A stretch of DNA of 64,000 nucleotides from Abditibacterium sp. (GTDB lineage: Bacteria > Armatimonadota > Abditibacteriia > Abditibacteriales > Abditibacteriaceae). Below are positions 50,219 to 58,851 of the stretch, piece by piece. The notes under the pieces were generated by a model. It made no database searches. It had not been told where the DNA came from and saw only the letters and a list, made by a program, of their open reading frames with translations. The position numbers were made by a program, and so were the translations under genes. The stretch lies in contig OZ251992.1 of the NCBI GenBank assembly GCA_965246885.1, positions 1,984,001 to 2,048,000 of the forward strand, in the 5' to 3' direction. How positions within the stretch are numbered: the first letter of the stretch is position 1; each line of letters starts with the position of its first letter.

Positions 50219-50396
50219 GACGGACGTCTGGGAATCGGTGACAGAGTTCTGGCGCTCGAAGACGGACGTCTGAGAACCGGTGACGGACATGCGGGAATAG
50301 CTGACAGAGACGCGGGAATGGATGACAGAGGCGCGGGAATCGCTGACAGACATGCGAGAATCGGTGACAGAGGCGTGGGAATGGGTGACAGACGTC
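50219..50396. repeat. 21-bp tandem repeat array (family T, locus 4, 8.5 units)
   Basis: Units start at 50219, 50240, 50261, 50282, 50303, 50324, 50345, 50366, 50387; consensus approximately GACAGACGTCTGGGAATCGGT. Confidence 0.9.
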
Positions 50397-50444
50397 CCGC
50401 ACCGCAAGAATCTCCTCTGCCGTTGCCCGTCACACTTGTCCGGC

Positions 50445-51731
50445 ATGAAAACAGTTGGCATCGGGATTTTAGGATTGGGCACTGTGGGCGGCGGCACCTT
50501 TCAGGTGCTCCATCGCAACCGCGCTTTGATAGAAAAACGCTTGGGCGCACACTTGGAACTGCGCGCCGTCGCCACGCGCACCCCCGCGCGCGCCGATAGT
50601 TGGGGTTGCCCCCCGGAACTTGTCTCGAACGACCCGGACAAGGTGTTGAACGACCCAAACATTGAGATCGTTTGTGAACTCATCGGCGGCATCGAACCGG
50701 CGCGCGAGTATGTTTTGCGCGCGCTCAAAGCGGGCAAGTCGGTCGTTACGGCCAACAAGGAACTCCTCGCCAAACACGGCCCCGAACTGCGCGCCGCCGC
50801 CGACCAAGCCGGGGTAGATCTCCTTTTTGAAGGCGCCGTTGGAGGCGGCATCCCCTTAATTAAACCACTGCGCGAGTCCTTGGCGGGCAACCAAATTGAG
50901 GAAGTCATGGCCATACTCAACGGCACGACGAATTTCATCCTCTCGAAAATGACGCGCGAGAGTGCCGACTATGGCGCCGTCCTCGCCGAAGCGCAGAGCT
51001 TGGGCTACGCCGAAGCCGAGCCGTCCAGCGACGTGGACGGCTACGACACGCAATACAAATTAGCCATCGTTGCTGGCATTGCCTTCGACTCGCCCATTGA
51101 ATTAGACGACATTTACCGCGAGGGCATCACAAAGGTAAGCGCGCGCGACATCGAATACGCGGCGGAGTTGGGCTACGCCATCAAACTCTTGGCCTTGGCG
51201 CGGCGAAACGAGGCGGGCGCGCTCGAACTGCGCGTGCATCCCGCGCTTTTGCCCCACTCGCACCCCCTCGCCAGCGTGAATGAAGCGTTCAACGCCGTTT
51301 GGGTGCGCGGCGACGCGGTCGGCGAAACGATGTTCTACGGGCGCGGCGCGGGTGCCCATCCCACCGGCTCCGCCGTTGTGGGCGACTTAATCGAAGCCGC
51401 CAAAAACCGCTTGCGCGGCGTGCGAAATCTCGACCACGCCCCCATAAATAAAGCCCCGATGCTGCCCTTTGCCCAAGCCGTTACCCGCTTTTGCGTGCGG
51501 ATGCAAGTCAAGGACAAACCCGGCGCCATCGCCCAAATCGCGGGCGTCTTGGGCGACTGCGGCGTTTCCATCGAGTCCATCGTGCAGCGCAAAACCGAAG
51601 GCGGCGAAGCCGAAATTTTCTGGATGACCCACCACACGAATCAACGCGCCATGACCGAATCGCTGTCGGGTTTTGCGGGCTTGGAAGTCGTGCGCGAGGT
51701 CAGTTCGGTGTTGCGGGTGGAGGGGGAATGA
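50445..51731 (+). CDS. hom: Homoserine dehydrogenase with C-terminal ACT domain
   Basis: GLGTVGGG, VVTANK, AVGGGIP, LNGTTNFIL, LGYAEAEP, G.GAG..PT; start ATG 50445. Confidence 0.96.
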   Translation: MKTVGIGILGLGTVGGGTFQVLHRNRALIEKRLGAHLELRAVATRTPARADSWGCPPELVSNDPDKVLNDPNIEIVCELIGGIEPAREYVLRALKAGKSVVTANKELLAKHGPELRAAADQAGVDLLFEGAVGGGIPLIKPLRESLAGNQIEEVMAILNGTTNFILSKMTRESADYGAVLAEAQSLGYAEAEPSSDVDGYDTQYKLAIVAGIAFDSPIELDDIYREGITKVSARDIEYAAELGYAIKLLALARRNEAGALELRVHPALLPHSHPLASVNEAFNAVWVRGDAVGETMFYGRGAGAHPTGSAVVGDLIEAAKNRLRGVRNLDHAPINKAPMLPFAQAVTRFCVRMQVKDKPGAIAQIAGVLGDCGVSIESIVQRKTEGGEAEIFWMTHHTNQRAMTESLSGFAGLEVVREVSSVLRVEGE

Positions 51732-51734
51732 TCT

Positions 51735-52157
51735 ATGGGCTTTGAGTTTCGCGGCGCCTTCTCTCTCGATGCTCCTGACCTACTTGAACGGGCGGTGCAG
51801 AAGTGGCCCGACGCGTGCGTTAAGCGCATCCGCGCGCCGTTCTACGGTGTGGCGATTCGGTTTGGCGACTACGAGTCCGACAATGAATGCGTCTACGAGT
51901 CCGATCTTGAACGCGTCGCCGCGTTCGAGGAGGAACTGCCGAAATGGACGGCGCAGTTCCCCGACGTGCCATTTGTGTTTGTGAAGACATCATGCTTCGG
52001 TGGCACCTGCACCAATCGCGGTTTCGTTGCTTGCAACGGTGTAGTTGTGTGCCGAGAGGAGGGGCGTAAAGCACTAACGCGCTTGGTCAGGGCTTTGGGC
52101 GCGAGGCTCAACTACCGCGAGCGTTTCGCGCCGCTTGAACGCGGATGGTGGACATGA
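51735..52157 (+). CDS. Hypothetical protein
   Basis: 140-aa ORF directly after hom with plausible composition (CFGGTC motif); no family recognised. Confidence 0.6.
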   Translation: MGFEFRGAFSLDAPDLLERAVQKWPDACVKRIRAPFYGVAIRFGDYESDNECVYESDLERVAAFEEELPKWTAQFPDVPFVFVKTSCFGGTCTNRGFVACNGVVVCREEGRKALTRLVRALGARLNYRERFAPLERGWWT

Positions 52158-52550
52158 TCAGGTGTCCAAACCCGCGAGCGCGTTCAACACGCGGTTGGCG
52201 CGAAGCAGATTGCGGCGCGTAAGTTTTCCGAGTTCATCCACCCGTGTTCGATAATCCACTTGATTGCGTGTGGCGCGCATCGTGGTGAGTTGCTCGCCGA
52301 TTTCGCGCTATTGCTCTTCCCGGTGGAACACGAAAAAGTCGGCGACGGCTTGATGGGCTTCGCCATGTGGAGGGATTTGATGGGATGGGTGACGTTGGCG
52401 GAGCCACTGTGCAGCAACGTTAAAAGTGGCGTAGTAGGAGCGGCTTGCGGCTGAGCGCAACAGTGCCTCGCGTTTTTGGCCGCGCTCCCCCGACGCTTGC
52501 TCCTGAAGTTCGTTGGCCAAGTCGAGCAGTTCCTCCCAGTTGAAGTTCAT
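52158..52550 (-). pseudogene. HEPN-domain toxin-like gene interrupted by an in-frame TAG at codon 81
   Basis: MNFNWEELLDLA...RSAASRSYYATF...H, then TAG (52310-52308), then in frame REIGEQLTTMRATRNQVDY... to TGA at 52158. Confidence 0.8.
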
Positions 52551-52903
52551 TGCTCTGCCCCCAGAAACTCGAAATCTACTGCGAGGTGGCGGCGCACTGG
52601 AAGACTGTGAGCGAACCACCAGTCGTGGCGAAAGCGGTCAAGAGCCTCGACGGGTTGCATCCAATCTTCATCCGCGCCGCGCCAACCCGCCAGCGCCCAC
52701 AACTCCATTTCGCGTCCCGTTTCGGGGTCGCGCTCCAACCGCAACCGAAGCGGCGCGTCGGGAAAGTAGTGGTGTAGCACGGGCGCCATGTCGTGCAAAA
52801 TCGGAATCAATCCGAGACGCTCGGCCAAAAATGACAGCGCGCCGACCTCGATCTCATACTCCGCGCCCAGCGCCTCGATTTCCTTTAGAATGGTGATGCC
52901 CAT
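52547..52903 (-). CDS. Hypothetical protein, probable antitoxin partner of the HEPN gene
   Basis: 118 aa with YFP...LERDPE...DRF..DWW; ATGA overlap with the HEPN start. Confidence 0.7.
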   Translation of the reverse strand: MGITILKEIEALGAEYEIEVGALSFLAERLGLIPILHDMAPVLHHYFPDAPLRLRLERDPETGREMELWALAGWRGADEDWMQPVEALDRFRHDWWFAHSLPVRRHLAVDFEFLGAEQ

Positions 52904-52924
52904 AAACAGAGTTTATGGGCATCA
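52894..52924. promoter_or_regulatory. Palindrome over the start of the putative TA operon (operator or terminator hairpin)
   Basis: tgatgcccataaac-aga-gtttatgggcatca, a 14-bp perfect inverted repeat covering TAAACT and the ATG. Confidence 0.55.
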
Positions 52925-52928
52925 GGCG

Positions 52929-54533
52929 CTACTTGCCGCGCGGATTGGCGGTGTTCCAATCGAGGGTGGCGTGGTATTTCGGGGTGTCGTCGTCGTTGGT
53001 TTCCATCAGGCCCCAGCTACCCCATTTGCTCCACTTGCCCACCGAGGCGAAGTTGCAAAATAGGTCGCCGCCATTGGCTTTCCATGAGTCGAAGTAGCGC
53101 GTGTAAAGGGCGCCCATGCGCGCGTCGCGGTTGATGCCGGTGAAGAGGGCTGTGATTTTGTCGTTGTTTTCGGCGCCCATCGCGCCGACGGCATGCTGTC
53201 CGCCCTCGTAGGCGACAAGTTTTAGGCCGTATTTGTCGGCGACGGCTTTCTGGCCTTTGACCCAGCCCGCTTGTTCGGGGAGCGCCGTGTTTTCCAGATA
53301 AGCGAAGGCTTGGTCGGGCGTCCAGCTTTGCACGTCTTCGGCGGCGAGTTTGGTGTTCGGGTCGTTCGCTTTGGGCACGCTAATCATGGTGAGATAGGGC
53401 GCGATGGCGAGGGCATCGGCGGATTTGCCCACGTCCTCGAAGCCCAAAATCTGCTCGGACACGTAGGGGACGGCGCTCTGCGAGCCAATGACGCGCACGA
53501 TCCGCTTGGCCGCCGCGTCGCGCCCGCCGTAAACCTCGTCGAAGATGGCGAAGATTTGCTTGGAGCGGCGCCCTGTGTAGTGCCAGCCCGCGTCCCAAGG
53601 CTTGTCGCCAATCTTGAGTGCCAAACCCTGCGTGCCCGCGTAGTGGTTCTGCTCGAATTGGCTGTTCCACACTTCGTTTGAGTACTCGATATACGCTTTA
53701 AGTCCCGGCTTGAGGCCATCGCGCAGTTGCTGCGCGAAGTGGCGCACGTAGTCGTCGTCGGCGTGCGCGGGAATGTTGAACCAGCCGTTCTGGTCTTGGG
53801 CGTTGCACAGCGCGATCATCATTTCAAGCGGCACGCCCTTGGTTGTCCACACGGCGTCGGTGAGTTTGGGGCGGTCGTCCCAGTGAGCGACGAGGGAGCC
53901 GTTGGTCATCATCCAGTCCATGAAGCGCATGGTGTTGAAGCCCCTCCAGCGCGCCAAGAAGACGGGGTTGAACGGTTGTCCCTTGTAGGTTTTCTCGCTT
54001 CCCGGCAAGAGGACGCGGATGTTGTGAATGGGGTTTTTGGGGTCAACGACTTTGAGGCGCAGGAACAGGCCGTAAGCGCCCGGCTCGAACACGATGCGGT
54101 GCGGCTCGCTGGACACGATCTTCGAGGTGCCCTGTATTTCGATTTGACCATCGCCCTCCCACAGCGCGACATAATCGCCTTGGGGTACGTGCGCGCCCAT
54201 GTCGGTGAGCATGGGCGTTTCGGCGGTGCAACCGGGTTCGAGCGCCTTCACGTTGCCGTCGGCGTCCAGCGACAGGGCCGGGCCTTGACCCCATCCGGCG
54301 CCCTCTTTTTGCGAAATCCACGCGCGGGCGAAGTGGAAGATGTCGTTGAACGGTAGTTCGGAGTTCCAATCGGCGGGGCCGTTCAGGTTCATGCCCATCA
54401 TAGAACGGGCGGGCAACGGGTTGGTCGGGGATGCGGGGACAGGCGCCGCGACGGGGCGCGGCTGCGCTTGGGCGCACGAAGCCAGAGACGCGCCAAGCGC
54501 GAGCAGGGCCAAGGAGTGACGGAGTTTCAGCAT
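52929..54533 (-). CDS. Secreted putative glycoside hydrolase / 'cellulose-binding'-type protein
   Basis: Signal peptide MLKLRHSLALLAL; RFMDW, YIEYSNEVWN, IAPY, AYEGGQH, WGSWG motifs. Confidence 0.72.
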   Translation of the reverse strand: MLKLRHSLALLALGASLASCAQAQPRPVAAPVPASPTNPLPARSMMGMNLNGPADWNSELPFNDIFHFARAWISQKEGAGWGQGPALSLDADGNVKALEPGCTAETPMLTDMGAHVPQGDYVALWEGDGQIEIQGTSKIVSSEPHRIVFEPGAYGLFLRLKVVDPKNPIHNIRVLLPGSEKTYKGQPFNPVFLARWRGFNTMRFMDWMMTNGSLVAHWDDRPKLTDAVWTTKGVPLEMMIALCNAQDQNGWFNIPAHADDDYVRHFAQQLRDGLKPGLKAYIEYSNEVWNSQFEQNHYAGTQGLALKIGDKPWDAGWHYTGRRSKQIFAIFDEVYGGRDAAAKRIVRVIGSQSAVPYVSEQILGFEDVGKSADALAIAPYLTMISVPKANDPNTKLAAEDVQSWTPDQAFAYLENTALPEQAGWVKGQKAVADKYGLKLVAYEGGQHAVGAMGAENNDKITALFTGINRDARMGALYTRYFDSWKANGGDLFCNFASVGKWSKWGSWGLMETNDDDTPKYHATLDWNTANPRGK

Positions 54534-54617
54534 GGTTGGGAGAGAGTTGGACACGCCTTGGCGCCCTGAGTTCCAGAACTGACGGAAGAACAGGACGGGG
54601 TAAAATAGGTGTTCGCT

Positions 54618-55085
54618 ATGGTTTCTTGTAATCGCGCGGCGGCAGTGGGAATAGGCGGCTTGTCGCTCTTTTTCGCGTGGTCGGCGGCGCGTCTCTTCTA
54701 TGGCATCGCTACTGGCCACCTGAGCGAGAATGGACTGTTTGGAGTGGCGACGTGTTGCGACATCCCCCAGTCCGAGATAGTGTCCAACGCGACTTCAACC
54801 GCGATCCCTCTGGCAATTGCGGCCTACTTGGGGCGCTGGCTGGCGGTGGGAGTATGGCGGGAAAGACCTTATATGGCGCGAGGCACTTTTGTGTGGCTGG
54901 CCCTCGTCCTCGGAAGTCAAATAGGCATGGCTTCTGGTATGGTGCCGGAAGTGCAGGGCCAGCATTACGCATTGGCGTTTCTGTCTGCGATGGTGGGCGC
55001 TCTGACGTTGCCGCTCGCGTTGTCCAAACCCGTCAAGGTGCCCCCTTCCCCAGATGACGCGCCGATTGCTTCGCCGCACGGGTGA
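54618..55085 (+). CDS. Hypothetical membrane protein
   Basis: About 4 hydrophobic segments; TAAAAT upstream; fills the gap between divergent genes. Confidence 0.5.
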   Translation: MVSCNRAAAVGIGGLSLFFAWSAARLFYGIATGHLSENGLFGVATCCDIPQSEIVSNATSTAIPLAIAAYLGRWLAVGVWRERPYMARGTFVWLALVLGSQIGMASGMVPEVQGQHYALAFLSAMVGALTLPLALSKPVKVPPSPDDAPIASPHG

Positions 55086-55140
55086 GCGGGGCGGGCGGGT
55101 TCAACCGCTTCGGCGGCAAACGCGCTAAACCTTAAGGACA

Positions 55141-56238
55141 ATGACTTCCGTTCAAAGCGGCATGATGTGGCGCGGCCTCATCGAGAGCTACCGCGCCCAC
55201 TTGCCCGTTTCCGACGCCACGCCCATCGTTACGCTGTGCGAAGGCAACACGCCGCTCATCCACGCGCCGCGTTTGGCGAGGGCCATTGCGCCCGATTGCG
55301 AGCTATATCTCAAGTTCGAGGGCGCCAACCCGACTGGCAGCTTCAAAGACCGGGGCATGACGATGGCCGTTTCCAAAGCCGCCGAGGACGGCGCCAAGGT
55401 CGCCATTTGCGCTTCGACCGGCAACACCTCAGCCGCCGCCGCCGCGTATTGCGCCGTCGCGGGCATCAAGTGCGTCGTGCTTATCCCGAACAACAACATC
55501 GCGCTGGGCAAGTTAGCACAAGCAATGGTGTCGGGCGCGACCGTGTTGGCCATTGAGGGCAACTTCGACGACGGGCTGCGCATCGTCAAAGACCTGACGC
55601 GCGATTATCCCATCGCCATGCTCAACAGCCTCAACCCCTACCGTTTGGAAGGGCAGAAGACCGGCGCCTTCGAGATATGCGATTTTCTGGGATACGCGCC
55701 CGATTACCACTGCGTGCCCGTCGGCAACGCGGGCAACATCACCGCCTATTGGAAGGGCTACCGCGAGTATCACGAACAGGGCCGCATCGAATCGCTTCCG
55801 AAAATGTGCGGCTTTCAAGCGGCTGGTGCCGCTCCGCTTGTGTTGGGGCACGGCGTGGACAACCCCGAAACCGTCGCTACTGCGATTCGCATCGGCCACC
55901 CCGCGCGCGCCGTCGAAGCCATCGCCGCGCGCGACGATTCGGGCGGGCTGATTCACTCCGTCACCGACGACGAAATCCTCGCCGCCCAGCGCCAAACCGC
56001 CGCCTTGAGCGGCGTCTTTGGCGAACCCGCGTGCGCCGCGCCCCTCGCCGGGATTAAAAACCTGTCCGCGTCCGGCTACTTCCAACAGGCCCGCGAGGAA
56101 TTGGGTCGCAAGCCCGTCGTCGTCGCCGTCGTCACCGGGCACGGCCTCAAAGACCCCAACACCGCCATCCGCATTTCCGGCTCCCCCCAAGTCGTCCCCG
56201 CCAAAAACGACGCCGTGTTGCGCGCGATTGGGTTTTGA
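55141..56238 (+). CDS. thrC: Threonine synthase
   Basis: EGNTPL, NPTGSFKDRG, CASTGNTS, PVGNAGN, TGHGLKDP. Confidence 0.96.
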   Translation: MTSVQSGMMWRGLIESYRAHLPVSDATPIVTLCEGNTPLIHAPRLARAIAPDCELYLKFEGANPTGSFKDRGMTMAVSKAAEDGAKVAICASTGNTSAAAAAYCAVAGIKCVVLIPNNNIALGKLAQAMVSGATVLAIEGNFDDGLRIVKDLTRDYPIAMLNSLNPYRLEGQKTGAFEICDFLGYAPDYHCVPVGNAGNITAYWKGYREYHEQGRIESLPKMCGFQAAGAAPLVLGHGVDNPETVATAIRIGHPARAVEAIAARDDSGGLIHSVTDDEILAAQRQTAALSGVFGEPACAAPLAGIKNLSASGYFQQAREELGRKPVVVAVVTGHGLKDPNTAIRISGSPQVVPAKNDAVLRAIGF

Positions 56239-56248
56239 TTGGACTCCG

Positions 56249-57091
56249 ATGCTCTCCTTCCTCTTTGTCATTCTGGTCGTGCTCCTGACGCCAATCGCGT
56301 GGCTGGCGTGGACGGGCATCTATCTCTTGACGTTGCGCTCCGCCATCGCGGGGCAACGCGACCGCTACCATGAGGTCGTGCCGTGTTCGCCGCAAGACGT
56401 GCCGGGGTTGAACCCGGTGTTGCTCGACACGGCGACGCGCGAGTTACAGGGGTTGGGATTCGAGTGGCTGGAAGACCACACATTGCGCCGCGTGGGTGAG
56501 TCGGCCAACGCGACGCCTTGGGTCGCGCCCATCGCCGCGCCTTCTACCCCACCGCCGTCGGAGAAGTTCGTGCCCCGTAGCATGGCGCGGGTGATGGTGC
56601 ATCGCGGGCACGGCTGCTTAGCGAAGATAATGAACGTCACGGTTATCAAAACGGCGGACTCCACCATCGCCAACAACTCCTTTTCGGTCGCGTTTGTTTC
56701 GTCGTGCGAGGCGGGGGACAAAGTGTGGCAATATAGCACCTCGAACCGCGCCGCCGACGCCACCAACGACGCCCTAATGATGCTCACGCGGCGCCCGCAT
56801 TACCTGTCCACGCGACTCCCCTACGCCTCGGTGCCCGAAACGCTGCGGGTGCATCTATCGCGGCGGGCGGACATCGCTCGCGCCTTGGGGCTGACATGGA
56901 AGCGCGAGCCAACGGCTGCCGACGACGCGGCATCCGAAATGCGGTCTGGCGAGAACATTCGCCGCGTCTATAGCGGGTTGACGCCGCTCTCGATGGCGTG
57001 GAAGATTTTCCGCAACAAGCAGGCGCCGCTTTCCAACCGCTTGGAGTGGCTCGGCGAGTTGGCGGGCAAACTTCCGCCGCTTGCGCCATGA
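56249..57091 (+). CDS. Hypothetical protein with N-terminal TM helix
   Basis: ATG 56249 (MLSFLFVILVVLL...); coding-like composition. Confidence 0.65.
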   Translation: MLSFLFVILVVLLTPIAWLAWTGIYLLTLRSAIAGQRDRYHEVVPCSPQDVPGLNPVLLDTATRELQGLGFEWLEDHTLRRVGESANATPWVAPIAAPSTPPPSEKFVPRSMARVMVHRGHGCLAKIMNVTVIKTADSTIANNSFSVAFVSSCEAGDKVWQYSTSNRAADATNDALMMLTRRPHYLSTRLPYASVPETLRVHLSRRADIARALGLTWKREPTAADDAASEMRSGENIRRVYSGLTPLSMAWKIFRNKQAPLSNRLEWLGELAGKLPPLAP

Positions 57092-57558
57092 CTTTCCGCT
57101 TTCTCCCTCCTTCGGCCCAAGACGAACGGGCCGCGCGGTTTTTGCTCGTTGGGACGGTGTTGGCGCTGATGGTCATTGGCGCGCTGTTGCCGCTACCGCT
57201 TGCGCGCGGGCCGTTTGGGGCGGTATTGGGCGGCGCGGGCGCGGCGCTCGCGTGGGGGTTGTGGCGGGCGCAGCACGGACTCGACGGGCAGCGCAGACGG
57301 GCGGCGCGCGGCGGGATTCGCTTGGCGCGCACGGGCGTCTTCATCGCCGACTTGCAGCCGCAAGAGCGCGACATTCCCTTCGAGACCATTGACCGCCTCG
57401 CCGTTGGCCCCGGCAAATTGGAGATATTCCACGCGGGCGGCGTCGAAACCCTCGCCACGCGCGAAATCGAGAATGCCGAACTGCTGGTCGCCGAACTCAA
57501 GCGCCGCGTCCGCTTGGGCGCGGGCGCCTCAGACTTCATCCCGCTCTCGCCGATGTAA
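57088..57558 (+). CDS. Hypothetical membrane protein (2 TM plus small beta-rich domain)
   Basis: ATGA overlap with the upstream gene; MTFRFLPP start. Confidence 0.65.
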   Translation: MTFRFLPPSAQDERAARFLLVGTVLALMVIGALLPLPLARGPFGAVLGGAGAALAWGLWRAQHGLDGQRRRAARGGIRLARTGVFIADLQPQERDIPFETIDRLAVGPGKLEIFHAGGVETLATREIENAELLVAELKRRVRLGAGASDFIPLSPM

Positions 57559-57884
57559 GCCGCCCTTGATATGACCACGCCGACACCGCCACCTTTGGCG
57601 ACCCAACGGCAAACTCGCTTTCTTGGAGGCGATGGTCTTGCAAGGCCAAACTTCGGTCACGACCCCCATCAAGCAACCAAGCGTCTTCCAAAAGAGCGGC
57701 TACTATCCGACGCAATACAGCATTCGCTACGACCCCATCGCCAAGGAATACACGGTCGCGCTGGAGAACCGGGAGAAGCACTGAGGGACTTTTCTAAGGA
57801 GGTTTCGCCGACATCATGAACACGTATTGAGAGTGTTTCTCTTGCCACTTCGCGCATAGGGGACAGGAGGTCAAACTTCTTGCT

Positions 57885-58823
57885 ATGAACTCCGACCTTG
57901 CGCACGCCCTGCGAGTCATGCTGCTCATTCGCCGCTTCGAGGAGAAGTTGGACGACCTGTTCTCTTCGGGTGTTATCAAAGGCACCTCGCACCTTTACGC
58001 CGGACAGGAAGCGGTCGCGGTCGGGGTGTGCGCGGCGCTACGCCCCACTGACTTGATGACTTCGACGCATCGGGGGCACGGGCACTTTCTGGCCAAGGGT
58101 GGAAGCGCGAACGCGCTCATGGCCGAACTGTGGGGGCGGGCGGACGGCCCCAGCAAAGGGCGCGGCGGCTCGCAACACGTCGCGGACTACTCCATTGGCT
58201 TCTTAGGCTCGAACGGCATCACGGCCGGGGGCCTTCCCATTGCAACCGGTGCCGCGCTCGCCGCCAAGATGAAAGGAACGGGCCAAGTCGTCGTCGCGTT
58301 CTTCGGCGAGGGAGGCGCCAATCAGGGCACCTTTCACGAGTCGCTCAACATGGCCGCCGTGTGGAAGTTGCCCGTCCTGTTCGTTTGCGAGAATAATCAG
58401 TACGCCATGTCCACGCGCTACGACGAGATTTTCGCCACCCCCACCATCGCCGCGCGCGGGGCGGGCTATGGCATCCCCGGCGAAGTCGTGGATGGGACGG
58501 ACTTCTTCGCTGTTTGTAACACCGTCGAACAACTGGCCGCCCGCGCCCGCAAGGGCGATGGCCCCGCGCTCATCGAGGCCAAGGTTTACCGCTACTATGG
58601 CCACTCCAAAAGCGACAAGTGCGACTACCGCACCCGCGAAGAAGAAGCGCAGTGGCGTGCCCAAGACCCCATCGGCAAGCTGCAAGCGCGCATGGGCCTG
58701 CCCAATGACGCTTACCGGACGGTCTTGGAAGAGGTAGACCGCGAAGTCGAGGCCGCCGTCGCGTTCGCGCGCGCTTCGCCCGAACCGGTCATCGAGGACT
58801 TGGAAAGCGCGCTGTATGCGTGA
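57885..58823 (+). CDS. TPP-dependent dehydrogenase E1 alpha subunit (pyruvate/acetoin type)
   Basis: HLYAGQEAV, STHRGHGH, GRGGSQH, FFGEGG...CENNQY, YRYYGHS. Confidence 0.92.
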   Translation: MNSDLAHALRVMLLIRRFEEKLDDLFSSGVIKGTSHLYAGQEAVAVGVCAALRPTDLMTSTHRGHGHFLAKGGSANALMAELWGRADGPSKGRGGSQHVADYSIGFLGSNGITAGGLPIATGAALAAKMKGTGQVVVAFFGEGGANQGTFHESLNMAAVWKLPVLFVCENNQYAMSTRYDEIFATPTIAARGAGYGIPGEVVDGTDFFAVCNTVEQLAARARKGDGPALIEAKVYRYYGHSKSDKCDYRTREEEAQWRAQDPIGKLQARMGLPNDAYRTVLEEVDREVEAAVAFARASPEPVIEDLESALYA

Positions 58824-58851
58824 GAGGGCCGTCGCGCTACAATTTCCCTTC

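Noticed and set aside
50219..50396. CRISPR array interpretation of the 21-bp repeats
   Set aside because: Units are contiguous with no unique spacers, and no cas genes are in the window.
50322..50444. N-terminal extension of Hom (MTEARESLTDMRESV...), and likewise of RmlC from 36973
   Set aside because: The extensions come from the repeat arrays; the recognisable domains begin at ATG 50445 and ATG 36916.
52308..52310. Pyrrolysine or genetic-code reassignment of TAG
   Set aside because: Other genes here end normally at TAG (e.g. 21028, 63045) and no pyl genes are visible; a nonsense mutation or error is simpler.
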